DNA from: Macrostomum lignano
Lineage: Eukaryota
Assembly (NCBI GenBank): GCA_002269645.1
Contig: NIVC01000672.1
Location: forward strand, 248,001-312,000
Direction: 5' to 3'
Length of the DNA stretch: 64,000 nucleotides
Position numbers and translations under genes: made by a program. Shown here one piece after another: positions 1-14,300 of the stretch. How positions within the stretch are numbered: the first letter of the stretch is position 1; the number at the start of each line of letters is the position of its first letter. The notes under the pieces were generated by a model, which saw only the letters and a program-made list of their open reading frames with translations, made no database searches and was not told the DNA's origin.

Positions 1-759
1 TTGCTGGGCCAGCCTCCCAGATCTCCAGTTGCTGGGCATACGGGTTTCAGTGTGAAGCCAGCCGCCAATCACTGCATTTCATGCTAGAAGCCGTTGTCAC
101 CGCTAACCCCTGTCTGTTTAACCCAAAGCCCAGCTGCTGTGTTGTGATGCGCTCAGTTGAGAACCGCCGCAGGCTGAATTCGTTTCCCCGCCCGTCCCGA
201 TTGCAGCTCAGTAGGAAAGCTCGCGCTCTCGAGCGCAAATACTCCGTGAGTAGCATCTCCCTGCGGCGCCATTGCCCGGTGCCAAACTCTGCGCCGCGCG
301 CTTTCATTTATAAAATCTTTTTATGCCATTTATTATTTCAATTTTACGTTTAGTTTATACTAGATAGATTTTTAGTATATAGGATTATCAATTTTTGCAT
401 ATCTCAATATGTACAAGTTTTCTTGGAATGCGACTTCAGTTTATGGTTTATTACTTAAGGTTGCTCATTTCATTGTAGCTTATACTGGATGCAGACTTCT
501 CTATGGCTCGTTTGTGATTGCCATATTGCTATACTTGCATGCCTGTCTGTCTGTCTGCCTGTCTGTCTGCCTGTCTGCCTGTCTGTCTGCCTGTCTGTCT
601 GCCTGTCTGCCTGTCTGTCTGTCTGTCTGCCTGTCTGTCTGCCTGTCTGCCTGTCTGTCTGGCTGTCTGCCTGCCTGTCTGGCTATCTGCCTTGCTGTCT
701 GTCTGTCTGTCTGTCTGTCTGGCTGTCTGTCTGTCTTTCTGGCTGTCTGTCTTAGTGTG

Positions 760-800
<41 letters not shown>

Positions 801-980
801 TAGTGTGTGTTTGTCTGTCTGCCTGTCTGTCTGGCTGTCTGCCTGTCTTTCTGGCTGTCTGTCTTAGTGTGTGTCTGTCTGTCTGTCTGTCTGTCTTAGT
901 GTGCGTTTGTCTGTCTGCCTGTCTGTCTGTCTGTCTGTCTGTCTGCCTGTCTGTCTGTCTGTCTTTGTCTGTCTGTCTGT
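1..980 (+). repeat. Direct segmental duplicate, copy A (offset 3,906 bp from copy B)
   Basis: 1-~980 matches 3907-~4890; ORFs 81-353/3987-4259 and 409-867/4315-4773 translate identically; copies diverge inside the (TGTC)n tract. Confidence 0.9.
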
Positions 981-991
981 GTCTGTCTTAG

Positions 992-1034
<43 letters not shown>

Positions 1035-1045
1035 GTCTGTCTTAG

Positions 1046-1084
<39 letters not shown>

Positions 1085-1095
1085 GTCTGTCTTAG

Positions 1096-1146
<51 letters not shown>

Positions 1147-1169
1147 GTCTGTCTTAGTGTCTGTCTTAG

Positions 1170-1268
<99 letters not shown>

Positions 1269-1393
1269 ATCTGTCTTAGTGTCTGTCTGTCTGTCTGTAT
1301 GTCTGTCTGTCTGTCTGTCTGTTTGTCTTAGTGTCTGTCTGTCTGTCTGTCTTAGTGTCTGTCTTAGTGTCTGCCTGTCTGTCTGTCTGTCTG
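541..1393 (+). repeat. (TGTC)n microsatellite, interrupted
   Basis: Tetranucleotide repeat with TGCC and CTTAGTG interruptions. Confidence 0.97.
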
Positions 1394-1649
1394 CCAGCCC
1401 TGTCCGCATGCATGTATGATATTCCTACCGAACGCGCAAATAGCAAACTGTTATGGCTATTACTCGTATTATAATATGTTATATGTATTACTAAACATGA
1501 GCCACACTCTGTCTCAGCGCATTGAGTTCATGATAATTGTCAGTGTTAGCTTAGGGCTTCTGCCAGCGCTTGCTTTTGTGTTTTGAAGGCACATCGCATG
1601 TGCGAGTCTGTTAGTGAGCCTCCATTCCACTGTTTGGTAGAACCGAAGC

Positions 1650-1865
1650 CCCTGTTACAGTGGCGCCGTCCCTGTTACAGTGGCGCCATCCCTGTTACAG
1701 TGGCGCCATCCCTGTTACAGTGGCACCATCCCTGTTACAGTGGCGCCATCCCTGTCACAGTGGCGCCATCCTTGTTACAGTGGCGCCATGCCTGTTACAG
1801 TGGTGCCATCCCTGTCACAGTGGCGCCATCCCTGTCACAGTGGCGCCATCCCTGTCACAGTGGCG
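1650..1865 (+). repeat. 20-bp minisatellite CCCTGTTACAGTGGCGCCAT
   Basis: About 11 tandem units read directly. Confidence 0.95.
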
Positions 1866-1992
1866 CTAGTCCCCCAGTTCCGCAAGCTTTAAAGCGCTTC
1901 ACCACCGCAATACGCTGTTGACGCACCGCTTGCGAACTCGCACCCATCGCGCCCGCCTCTCACTCGCCGCTTTCCCAACCAATCCAACGCAG

Positions 1993-2052
1993 TACAAAAG
2001 CATCCTGACTGTGGACATGCATCAGGCTGGCGACTTCAGCAGCGAACCAATG
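1993..2052 (+). CDS. Candidate small upstream Piezo exon (YKSILTVDMHQAGDFSSEPM)
   Basis: Pyrimidine-rich tract + CAG acceptor at 1990-1992, GTGAGG donor at 2053, open frame; no homology recognised. Confidence 0.25.
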
Positions 2053-2443
2053 GTGAGGCCGCTCGCGCGCGCTGGCACCGGGCCAATGCCAATGCCAATA
2101 AATCAATCGATAACTGCACAGTTCTGTTTGCACTTTTATCATTTAGCGCCTGTCAGTTTGTTTGCTAATCTTCTTTTTTAAACTAAAATGTTAACCTTCG
2201 ATTGGTTTGCCTGAGACTGTCGGAGTTTCCTGGCCTGAGCTGCTTTGCGACTTTATTAACCAGCTGCTCCTTCATAACTGCAATTCCTCAGGTGGCGCAA
2301 CAAAGGTCGGTGTGGTCTGGCATTGAGATGCTCTAATATATTGATTTTATCTTTATTGAGTCTTTTATCGCCCCGGTTACTGGTTGCTATGCTCATTATA
2401 TTTGTTAATTAATGCCGCGCCGTTGGTATTGCCTGTCTCCTAG

Positions 2444-2568
2444 AAGCAAGCAGAAAGCGCCCGCCCCCGGCCTTCCAGAGCCCCGCCGCCCACTGCCACG
2501 GGTCGGTCGGCAAGTCGGCGGCCGCCGCCCACCCGCTGCTGCCGGCCCCCGCCCAGCCTCCGACAGAG
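2444..2568 (+). CDS. Candidate upstream Piezo exon (ASRKRPPPAFQSPAAH...PAQPPTE)
   Basis: GC-rich island, TCTCCTAG acceptor, GT donor at 2569 in phase 0, matching the phase-0 start of the 5400 exon; same Pro/Ala composition as the next exon. Confidence 0.45.
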
Positions 2569-3009
2569 GTTTGTTGCGTTGCCATGGTTACTGAAGAAAC
2601 CAACCAAGCCCCCCCCCTTAACGAGAATGACTAATAGCTGTTTTGTTTCCAACTTTGATTTCTGTAACCAAGGTAAACAAATCGTGTTGCTAAGCTCCTG
2701 CTTCGCTGCCGCCTCGCCGTTGCACATTTGTTTCAGTGTCTGAGCACTGCTATAGTCACCGACCCAGCTGTGTCCTAATTCAGAATTCATAAATTTGCTG
2801 TGCTAATTGCTGCGTACTTCAGCTCATCAGTGTTGTCTACTGGTCTCTGTGCGCTAACGCAGTCAGTTCAGTAGTGGCTTCTAACCGCTTCTGTTTATAG
2901 AAACTGGGCAGCACTTGATGTTTGATTTGATAATGAGTAGAGCTTATATCATGGTGTTTTAACATCACCTTATACATACTTAGTTTTCTGGTTTGTCCAT
3001 TATTACACC

Positions 3010-3942
3010 TGATCCCCAGTTGCTGAGCCAACCTCCTAGATCCCCAGTTGCTGGGCCAGCCTCCCAGTCCCAGATCCCCAGTTGCTGGGCCAGCCTCCCA
3101 GATCCCCAGTTGCTGGGCCAGCCTCTCAGATCCTCAGTTGCTAGGCCAGCCTCCCAGATCCTGAGTTGCTGGGCCAGTCTCCTAGATCCCCAGTTGCTGA
3201 GCCAACCTCTCAGATCCCCAGTTGCTGGGCTAGCCTCCCAGTCCCAGATCCCCAGTTGCTGGGCCAGCCTCTCAGATCCCAAGTTGCTGGGCCAACCTCC
3301 AGTCCCAGATCCCTAGTTGCTGAGCCAGCCTCCCAGTCCCAGATCCCCAGTTGCTGAGCCAGCCTCCCAGATCCCTAGTTGCTGGGCCAGCCTCCCAGTC
3401 CCAGATCCCCAGTTGCTGGGCCAGCCTCTCAGATCCCAAGTTACTGGGCCAACCTCCAGTCCCAGATCCCTAGTTGCTGGGCCAGCCTCCCAGTCCCAGA
3501 TCCCCAGTTGCTGGGCCAGCCTCTCAGTCCCAGATCTTCAGTTGCTGGGCCAGCCTCCCAGATCTCCAGTTGCTGGACCAGCCTCCCAGATGCCCAGTTG
3601 CTGGGCTAGCCTCCCAGTCCCAGATCCCCAGTTGCTGGGCCAGCCTCCCAGTCCCAGATCCCCAGTTGCTGGGCCAGCCTCTCAGTCCCAGATCCCCAGT
3701 TGCTGGGCCAGCCTCCCAGTCCCAGATCCCCAGTTGCTGGGCCAGCCTCTCAGATCCCAAGTTGCTGGGCCAACCTCTAGTCCTAGATCCCTAGTTGCTG
3801 GGCCAGCCTCCCAGATTTCCAGTTTGTGGGCCAGCTTCCCAGATGCCCAGTTGCTGGGCCAGCCTCCCAGTTCTCCAGTTGGTGGGCCAGCTTCCTAGAT
3901 GCCCAGTTGCTGGGCCAGCCTCCCAGATCTCCAGTTGCTGGG
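3010..3942 (+). repeat. 27/34-bp minisatellite GATCCCCAGTTGCTGGGCCAGCCTCCCAG(TCCCA)
   Basis: Tandem degenerate units; the same repeat begins the window at 1-35. Confidence 0.95.
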
Positions 3943-4665
3943 CATACGGGTTTCAGTGTGAAGCCAGCCGCCAATCACTGCATTTCATGCTAGAAGCCGT
4001 TGTCACCGCTAACCCCTGTCTGTTTAACCCAAAGCCCAGCTGCTGTGTTGTGATGCGCTCAGTTGAGAACCGCCGCAGGCTGAATTCGTTTCCCCGCCCG
4101 TCCCGATTGCAGCTCAGTAGGAAAGCTCGCGCTCTCGAGCGCAAATACTCCGTGAGTAGCATCTCCCTGCGGCGCCATTGCCCGGTGCCAAACTCTGCGC
4201 CGCGCGCTTTCATTTATAAAATCTTTTTATGCCATTTATTATTTCAATTTTACGTTTAGTTTATACTAGATAGATTTTTAGTATATAGGATTATCAATTT
4301 TTGCATATCTCAATATGTACAAGTTTTCTTGGAATGCGACTTCAGTTTATGGTTTATTACTTAAGGTTGCTCATTTCATTGTAGCTTATACTGGATGCAG
4401 ACTTCTCTATGGCTCGTTTGTGATTGCCATATTGCTATACTTGCATGCCTGTCTGTCTGTCTGCCTGTCTGTCTGCCTGTCTGCCTGTCTGTCTGCCTGT
4501 CTGTCTGCCTGTCTGCCTGTCTGTCTGTCTGTCTGCCTGTCTGTCTGCCTGTCTGCCTGTCTGTCTGGCTGTCTGCCTGCCTGTCTGGCTATCTGCCTTG
4601 CTGTCTGTCTGTCTGTCTGTCTGTCTGGCTGTCTGTCTGTCTTTCTGGCTGTCTGTCTTAGTGTG

Positions 4666-4706
<41 letters not shown>

Positions 4707-4873
4707 TAGTGTGTGTTTGTCTGTCTGCCTGTCTGTCTGGCTGTCTGCCTGTCTTTCTGGCTGTCTGTCTTAGTGTGTGTCTGTCTGTCTGTCTGTCTGT
4801 CTTAGTGTGCGTTTGTCTGTCTGCCTGTCTGTCTGTCTGTCTGTCTGTCTGTCTGCCTGTCTGTCTGTCTGTC

Positions 4874-4890
<17 letters not shown>
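3907..4890 (+). repeat. Direct segmental duplicate, copy B
   Basis: Near-identical to 1-~980. Confidence 0.9.
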
Positions 4891-4930
<40 letters not shown>

Positions 4931-5003
4931 GTCTGTCTGTCTGTCTTAGTGTGTGTTTGTCTGTCTGTCTGTCTGTCTGCCTGTCTTAGTGTTTGTCTGT
5001 CTG
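4447..5003 (+). repeat. (TGTC)n microsatellite
   Basis: Tetranucleotide repeat; first part has the same interruptions as 541-980. Confidence 0.97.
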
Positions 5004-5399
5004 TCGATAAGCATATTTATTGAGCATTTTTAATTTGGCCGCTGCTCTTCCTCACAGGTGCTCAGCTGTACCAAACCATAATGCTATATTTTCATATCTC
5101 GATGCAGCATTTTCATGGTTAAGAAAATGGTCTCCAAGTTTTTATTTAAGCTTTATAGAAACTCGCATATTTATTGCTCTGGGCATTGAACTCAGCAGAT
5201 TGGGCTGAACTCCAGCAGGTGGAGCTCCGGATGCTGTCCAGTGTTTATCGGTGTTTGGCTTATCTATTGTTAATAGTTTTCAACCCGACCCGCCTGCTCC
5301 GAGATCTCCCCATCTCAGTCAGATCCCATCTCTTTCTCCTATTATCCTGAGCAGTGCCTGATCGACGCTCCCTTTCCCACCGAGTCGATCCCGCTGCAG

Positions 5400-8300
5400 C
5401 ACCAGGGCCCGCGCCGCACCACCTCGGAACCGCTGGCGCTGCTCTCCATGCCGCCCCGGGGGGCCGCCGCAGCTGCTGCCGCCGCCGCCGCTGCAAACAG
5501 CGTCTGCGACGCCGCCTCCGACGCCGGCTTCTCTGCGGCCGCGTCGACTCAGGACGAACCCGCCGTCGGCGCTGCGACCTCCGCCGCTCTTCCCCACTTA
5601 CCGCCTCCGCCGCCGCCGCCACCCGCCCGAGCTCCGTCGCTGGAGAGCTCGACAGTGCAGCACGAGGCCAAACTGACCTGGCTGCTGTACACCCTGAGCG
5701 ACCCGCTGGTGAAGATGTTCCTCAGACTGCGCCAGTTCCTCATGGGCGCCAGCTACATCCTCACCCTGGTCAGCATGATGGCCTGGAGCGTCACCTACGT
5801 GTCGTTTTGCACCCTGCCGTTCCTGCTGCTCTCCTGCCTGCTCTGGCTGTCGCCCGGCACCCGGAGGTTCACGCTGGGCCTGTCGCCGCTGCTGGTGGTG
5901 TACTCCACCGGCCTGCTGCTGGCCAACTATGCCTTCAACTTCAACCTGCCCGAGATCTACCTGGCCAGGCGGAATCAGTCCTCCTTTGCTCAGATCGGAC
6001 TGCAGGTGCGACCTCAGCCTGCCCACTCTCCCTCACACTCTCCCTCACTCTACTCGCCACTCTCGCTCACACTCTCGCTCACACTCTACTACCCACTCTC
6101 CCTCACACTCTACTCCCCACTCTCCCTCACACTACTCCCCACTCTCCCTCACACTCTCCCTCACTCTACTCGCCACTCTCCCTCACACTCTCCCTCACAC
6201 TATACTACCCACTCTACCTCACACTCTACTACCCACTCTCCCTCACACTCTACTACCCACTCTCCCTCACACTCTACTCCCCACTCTCCTTCACACTCTA
6301 CTCCCCACTCTCCCTCACACTCTACTCCCCACTCTCCCTCACACTCTACTACCCACTCTCCCTCACACTCTACTACCCACTCTCCCTCACACTCTACTCC
6401 CCACTCTCCTTCACACTCTACTCCCCACTCTCCCTCACACTCTACTCCCCACTCTCCCTCACACTCTACTACCCACTCTCCTTCACACTCTACTCCCCAC
6501 TCTCCCTCACACTCTACTACCCACTCTCCCTCACACTCTACTACCCACTCTCCTTCACACTCTACTCCCCACTCTCCCTCACACTCTACTACCCACTCTC
6601 CCTCACACTCTACTCCCCACTCTCCTTCACACTCTACTCCCCACTCTCCCTCACACTCTACTCCCAACTCTCCTTCACACTCTACTCCCCAATCTCCCTC
6701 ACACTCTACTTAGTCTCTTGCACTACCCTACTGTCTTTCACAGTCTACCCCGACACCCAATCCCGCTCAGGTGTACGAGGCGCCCATGCTGACATTCGCC
6801 GCTCAGCTGACCTTCTGCTGCGTGTTCTACTTCACGCTGTGGACTTTCCTGTCCGAGAGGCGGCAGGGCGTCAGCCACGACACCCGGGCCGCGCTCGAAC
6901 TGTACCACCTTCGCGGCCATTCCTTGCACCGGCGGCGCCGCAAGACCATGGAGACTCTGATCATCGAGGTCATGTCCAAGTACTCATTGATCATCTGCTG
7001 CACCTTCTGGGTGCTCATGTGCTCACGCTCGGTTGTCAACATCTCCCATATCATTGTGATGGCCATCTTCCTGTACTTCATCATCACGTTCAGGGTGAGT
7101 TCATTTTGATTGTGATGAGGCTTGTGAATGCTGGCAATGCGCATCCTGAATACAAAGCAGTGACAGGCTATCCTTATTACAAATCAGTAACAGGCTGTCT
7201 TAAAAAGTGACAGACTATCCTGAGGAGTGACAGGCTATTCTAAAGAGTGACAGGCTATTCTAAAGAGTGACAGGCTATTCTAAAGAGTGACAGGCTATTC
7301 TAAAGAGTGACAGGCTATTCTAAAGAGTGACAGGCTATTCTAAAGAGTGACAGGCTATTCTAAAGAGTGACAGGCTAACATTAAGAACAAACTGTGTAGC
7401 CTAGTGCAGCTTGAGTACACAGGAAGTTAATCCAACGGTCATCGCCCATTCTTTTCGCGCCTCGCAGCTGTTCTACGGGTTCTGGCGCCGGCAGCTGATT
7501 GTCTGCTTCTGGGGCATCATGCTCTACTCCATGCTCACCCTGCTGCTCATCTACGCCTACCAGTTCCAGAGCGTGCCCGAGTTCATTACCAGGCTGACAG
7601 GCATTCAGCCAGCCACGTGAGTTGCTTGCTGCGGCTGGAAATCCTGGTTTTATTTATACTTAGCTGTTTGCCAGTTTGTTGAAATATCTGCATCTGTAGT
7701 TAGCGGCAGTTTTGGCATCTCTGCATCTGTAGTTAGCGGCAGATTTGACATCTCTGCATCTGTAGTTAGCGGCAGTTTTGACATCTCTGCATCTGGAGTT
7801 AGCGGCATTTTTGTCATCTCTGCATCTGTAGTTAGCGGCAGTTTTGGCATCTCTGCATCTGTAGTTAGCGGCATTTTTGGCATCTCTGCAGCTGTAGTTA
7901 GCGGCATTTTTGGCATCTCTGCATCTGTAGTTAGCGGCATTTTTGGCATCTCTGCATCTGTAGTTAGCGGCATTTTTGGCATCTCTGCAGCTGTAGTTAG
8001 CGGCATTTTTGGCATCTCTGCATCTGTAGTTAGCGGCATTTTTGGCATCTCTGCATCTGTAGTTAGCGGCATTTTTGGCATCTCTGCATCTGTAGTTAGC
8101 GGCATTTTTGGCATCTCTGCATCTGTAGTTAGCGGCATTTTTGGCATCTCTGCATCTGTAGTTAGCGGCATTTTTGGCATCTCTGCAGCTGTAGTTAGCG
8201 GCAGTTTTGGCATCTCTGCATTTGGAGTTAGCGGCAGTTTTGGCATCTCTGCATCTGTAGTTAGCGGCAGTTTTGGCATCTCTGCATCTGTAGTTAGCGG

Positions 8301-11300
8301 CAGATTTGGCATCTCTGCATCTGTAGTTAGCGGCAGTTTCGGCATTTCTGCATCTGTAGTTAGCGGCAGTTTTGGCATCTCTGCATCTGTAGTTAGCGGC
8401 ATTTTTGGCATCTCTGCATCTGTAGTTAGCGGCAGTTTTGGCATCTCTGCATCTGTAGTTAGCGGCAGATTTGAAATCTGCATCTGTAGTTAGCGGCAGA
8501 TTTACAATGTCAGCTAGCGGCAGATTTGCCCCCGATCCATTGCAGCCTGAAGGAGATCGGCATCGAGAAGTACGAGACTCCGCAGCTCTTCCTCAACCTG
8601 CTGTTCCCCACCTCCTTCATCATCGTGATCATGATCCACGTGAAGAACTTCCACAAGACTTTCCTGCAGCTGTCCAACATGCAGCCGGACCTGGACCCCT
8701 CGGCCACCGAGCAGCCCATCCAGCAGCTGCAGCCGGCCCCGCCCAGCTCCATCGAGCGGCCCATCGAAGTTGACGTCGAGATGACGGCGGCGGCCGGCCG
8801 CGAATCCGAGATCGAGGACGATTTTGAGGACCCCGCGACCGCGGCCTCCGGCGGCGGCGCAGCTGGCAAGCGGGCAGGCGGAGCCTTCAACTCCAAGACT
8901 GCTGCGCTGCGGCGGAGTGAGTGGCTGCGGAGAGTCTGGGCACCTGCGGAGTGTGGGGGAGTCTGGGCACCTGTGGAGTCTAGGCACCTGTGGAGTCTGG
9001 GCACCTGTGGAGTCTGGGGACCTGTGGAATCTGGGGAGTCTGGGGACCTGTGGAGTCTGGGGACCTGTGGAGTCTGGGCGAGTCTGGGGACCTGTGGAGT
9101 CTGGGCGAGTCTGGGGACCTTTGGAATCTGGGGGAGTCTGGGACCTGTGGAATCTGGGGAGTCTGGGGACCTGTGGAGTCTGGGCACCTGTGGAGTCTGG
9201 GGACCTGTGGAGTCTGGGCGAGTCTGGGGACCTGTGGAGTCTGGGCGAGTCTGGGGACCTGTGGAATCTGGGGGAGTCTGGGGACCTGTGGAGTCTGGGG
9301 ACCTGTGGAGTCTGGGGACCTGTGGAGTCTGGGGACCTGTGGAGTCTGGGGGAGTCTGGGGACCTGTGGAGTCTGGGCGAGTCTGGGGACCTGTGGAATC
9401 TGGGGGAGTCTGGGGACCTGTGGAGTCTGGGCGAGTCTGGGGACCTGTGGAATCTGGGGGAGTCTGGGGACCTGTGGAGTCTGGGGACCTGTGGAGTCTG
9501 GGGGAGTCTGGGGACCTGTGGAGTCTGGGGAGTCTGGGGACCTGTGGAGTCTGCGGGAGTCTGGGGACCTGTGGAGTCTGGGCGAGTCTGGGGACCTGCG
9601 GAGTCTGGGGGAGTCTGGGGAGTCTGGCGGGCACCTAATTCTGTGTGACTGTAGATTGTGGTAACCTGGTTCTTAAAATCAGCGCATTCTGGGGGAACCC
9701 CATTCCGCATTGCGTGTTGCAATAACTATTTTATTGTTTGTCACTAATTGCACTCACCCTCCCACCCTGTACACATTGCAGCGCTGCTCAAGACTCAATT
9801 GTACGAGAATGCCGTGCTGAGACAGACAAAACGTAAATTTATGGATATTATACTGTATTATTATTAACTGATCCAGAATCTTGGTACACATACTACTTAT
9901 ATGAATACCGCATGCTATAGAAGAAACAATACTCGAACCCCCGACCTTCCACTCTACCCGCAGTGATCCGCAAGGACCTCAACGCCCTGATTGTGAAGGC
10001 CAACGCCTTCTACTCGCTCTATTCGAAGAAATTCTCGCCTACGCTGTGGCGCTTTCTGGAGGTGCACTGGTATAAGGCGGCCGGCCTGGTCATTGTCTGC
10101 ACCGCAACCCGCCCCACCGATGCCGGAAATGTGAGCCTCTGACCTGCTGCTGACACCGCCCCTCCCTAGCATCTGACACCGCCCCTCCCTAGCATCTGAC
10201 ACCGCCCCTCCCTAGCATCTGACACCGCCCCTCCCTAGCATCTGACACCGCCACTCCCTAGCATCTGACACCGCCCCTCCCTAGCATCTGACACCGCCCC
10301 TCCCTAGCATCTGACACCGCCCCTCCCTAGCATCTGACACCGCCACTCCCTAGCATCTGACACCGCCCCTCCCCCGCCGCTGACACCGCCCCCTCACATC
10401 TGACACCGCCTCTCCCTAGCATCTGACACCGCCCCTCCCCACATCTGACACCGCCCTTCCCTAGCATCTGACACCGCCCTTCCCTAGCATCTGACACCGC
10501 CCTTCCTGATATTTGACACCGCTACTCCTGATATTTGACATCGCCCCTCCTGACATCTGACACAGCCTTTCCCTAGCATCTGACACCGCCTTTCCCTAGC
10601 ATCTGACACCGCCCTTCCCTAGCATCTGACACCGCCCTTCCTGACATTTGACACCGCCCTTCCCCACATCTGACACCGCCCCTCCCCACATCTGACACCG
10701 CCACTCCCTAGCATCTGACACCGCCACTCCCTAGCATCTGACACCGCCCCTCCCTAGCATCTGACACCGCCCCTCCCTAGCATCTGACACCGCCCCTCCC
10801 TAGCATCTGACACCGCCACTCCCTAGCATCTGACACCGCCTTTCCCTAGCATCTGACACCGCCCTTCCCTAGCATCTGACACCGCCCTTCCTGACATTTG
10901 ACACCGCCCTTCCCCACATCTGACACCGCCCCTCCCCACATCTGACACCGCCACTCCCTAGCATCTGACACCGCCACTCCCTACATCTGACACCGCCCCT
11001 CCCTAGCATCTGACACCGCCCCTCCCTAGCATCTGACACCGCCCCTCCCTAGCATCTGACACCGCCCCTCCCCCGCCGCTGACACCGCCCCTCCTCACAT
11101 CTGACACCGCCCCTCCCTAGCATCTGACACCGCCCCTCCCCACATCTGACACCGCCCTTCCCTAGCATCTGACACCGCCCTTCCCTAGCATCTGACACCG
11201 CCTTTCCCTAGCATCTGACACCGCCCTTCCTGATATTTGACACCGCTACTCCTGATATTTGACATCGCCCCTCCTGACATCTGACACAGCCTTTCCCTAG

Positions 11301-14300
11301 CATCTGACACCGCCTTTCCCTAGCATCTGACACCGCCCTTCCCTAGCATCTGACACCGCCCTTCCTGACGTTTGACACCGCTACTCCTGATATTTGACAT
11401 CGCCCCTCCTGACATCTGACACCGCCCCTCTCTAGCATCTGACACCGCCCCTCCCTACATCTGACACCGCCCCTCCCTAGCATCTGACACCGCCCTTCCT
11501 GACATCTGACACCGCCTTTCCCTAGCATCTGACACTGCCCCTCCCCACATCTGACACCGCCCTTCCTGACATCTGACACCGCCCTTCCTGACATCTGACA
11601 CCGCCCTTCCTGACATCTGACACCGCCCTTCCTGACATCTGACACCGCCCTCCAGTTTATAGTTTTTTTGCATTTTCAACTCGGCATTTTTCTCCCTGCA
11701 GTACGAGGCCGCCAACTTCTTCTACATCGTCTTGCTGCCGCTTTACCTGGTCGCGCCGGACATCGTGTCCGTCCTCTACCTGTTCTGGAGCGCCTTCCTC
11801 ATCCTAGGCAAAATGATCTACCAGCTGGGGCTCGTGCACACCGCCATTGATAGGCAGGTCGTCACCAACTGCACCGTGAGTGACACCGCTAACCTCTCTG
11901 ACACCACTGACCTCTGTGACATCACTGACCTCTGTGACACCACTGACCTCTGTGACACCACTGACCTCTGTGACACCACTGACCTCTGTGACACCACTGA
12001 CCTCTGTGACACCGCTGACCTCTGTGACATCACTGACCTCTGTGACACCGCTGACCTCTGACACCACTGACCTCTGTGACATCACTAACCTCTGTGACAC
12101 CACTGACCTCTGACACCACTGACCTCTGTGACACCACTGACCTGGGACACCACTGACCTCTGACACCACTGACCTCTGTGACACCACTGACCTGGGACAC
12201 CACTGACCTCTGACACCACTGACCTCTGTGACAGCACTGACCTCTGACACCACTGCCCCATGACACCACTGACATCTGACACCACTGCCTTCTGACACCA
12301 CTGACCTCTGACACCTCTGACATCTGACACTCCTGCCCATGACACCACTGGCACCACTGACCTCTCTGACACCCCTGCCCATGACACCACTGACATCTGA
12401 CACTTTGCGGATCCTGACACCGCCGCCCGCAGTCGGACCTGACCCCGCCGGAGAAGGGCTCGAACGCCACCTATCTGCCCACGCGAATGGTGAACAACGC
12501 CAAGTACTTCGGCTTCTTCGTGGCCGCTGACGGCGAGTTCTTCTCGTACATCATCCAGTACATGGCCATCGTGGTGTGCCTGGCCTTCCAGCACATCATC
12601 TCGCTGCACCAGCGCAAATTCTACCTGAACAACCCGCGCCCGGTGCCCGGCATCGTCTTTCCCAACTTCGCCTTCGCCGACTTTGAGAAATTCTACCGGG
12701 CCCGCGTCATCGGTCAGCCCGCCGCTCCGCCGCCGACCGCGGGAGCCGCCGCGCCAGCCGAGTCTTCCACCGGCCTGGTCGGCACCCTGGTGAAGCTGCT
12801 GGCCAACTTCGGCTGCTACAAGTTCGGCCTGGAGCTGGCGTACACGGCCACAGTGGTTGTGTCCTGCCTCCGCCTGGACCTGCTCAGCTGCCTGTACATG
12901 CTGTTCCTGCTCATCTTCACCTTCATGCAGCGGAGGCTGGTGCGCCGCCTGTGGATTGTTTTCCGCCTGCTGCTGTGCTTCACCTTCCTGGCCCAGTTCC
13001 TCCTGGCCTGCGGCTACCCGCCCATGCTCTGCCTGGAGTATCCCTGGTTCCGCAGCGATATCCGCGCTCAGGCCAGCATCCGCTACGTGCTCACCGACAA
13101 CTTCCGGCACTGGATGTTCCTGCCGGCCTACAATGCGCCCCCGCTGGCGCAGAAACTCATCGGTGAGTGGCCGGGTGTTGGGGCATTTTAGTAGTCTTTG
13201 GCAGTTGATGAGCCGCCATGGACACCATTTTAGCAGTCCTTGGCATTTTCATGAGCCACCATGGACACCATGGTAGCAGTCCTTGGCATTTTCATGAGCC
13301 GCCATGGACACCATTTTAGTAGTCCTTATCATTTAGCATTGCCACATTTGGCCTGGAATTCTGACCTCGCCCTAACAGACCTCTCTTTCAACTCCCCCCC
13401 ACAGCCGACTACTTCCTGCTAGTGCTGGTGAGCTGCCAGCACCGGGTGTTCAAAGCCGAAGTCTACAACGGCGGCGCCGGCTACGACAGCTCCAACGACC
13501 CCGTCTGGCGCGACGTGGCGCCAATGCTGCGCCTGCGGAACTCCTTCATGAACTCGAAGTGAGGCTGGAACTACTTTAAAGAATGCCTATTTTTGAGCTA
13601 TGAGCCCTTATGAACTAATATAAGACCCAATCTATGGACCTATTCAAAACCCCGTCTCTGACCCAACTGCATGTACATGTATCCCATGTCTGTGATCCCA
13701 TGTATAACACCATCACTGACCTCAGTATTAATTATCCCATCTAGATTTATCACCTAATATATGATTTCATCTACATGTTCAACACATTTCTAACCCATCT
13801 ATGACCCTTTCTACTTAGTTGACCCATCTATGACCATGTCTACTTATTTGACTCATCTATGACACTTGTCTATTTAGTTGACCCATCTATGACCCTGTCT
13901 ACTTATTTGACCCATCTATGACCCTGTCTATTTAGTTGACCCATCTATGACCCTGTCTACTTAGTTGACCCATCTATGACCCTGTCTACTTAGTTGACCC
14001 ATCTATGACCTTGTCCTCATAGTTGACCCATCTATGACCCTGTCTATATACTTGACCTATCTATGACCCTGTCTATATACTTGACCCATCTATGACCCTG
14101 TCTATATAGTTGACCCATCTATGACCCTGTCTATATACTTGACCCACCCATGCCCGTCAGGCTATACACCAACAACAAGTCCAAACAATGCAAACCATTT
14201 GCAGATCCGCAGACCTGCTCATCCTGCTGCTCAGGCTGATCTTCTCCTGGATATTCTGGGCCTGCCCGTTTCTGCTGCTGATCCTGGGCTTTCTGTCATT

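Noticed and set aside
2045-2110. CCAAT-box cluster as the Piezo promoter
   Set aside because: The first recognisable Piezo helices correspond to an internal repeat unit, so the true start lies upstream; an alternative promoter cannot be supported from sequence alone.
7650-9722. Long repeat-derived ORFs ([19 protein letters not shown], etc.)
   Set aside because: They lie inside Piezo introns bounded by good splice sites and derive from minisatellites.
12085-13110. Antisense and alternate-frame ORFs over GC-rich exons (also 19402-20148, 29916-30710, 31357-32524)
   Set aside because: Expected shadows of GC3-biased coding sequence and repeats.
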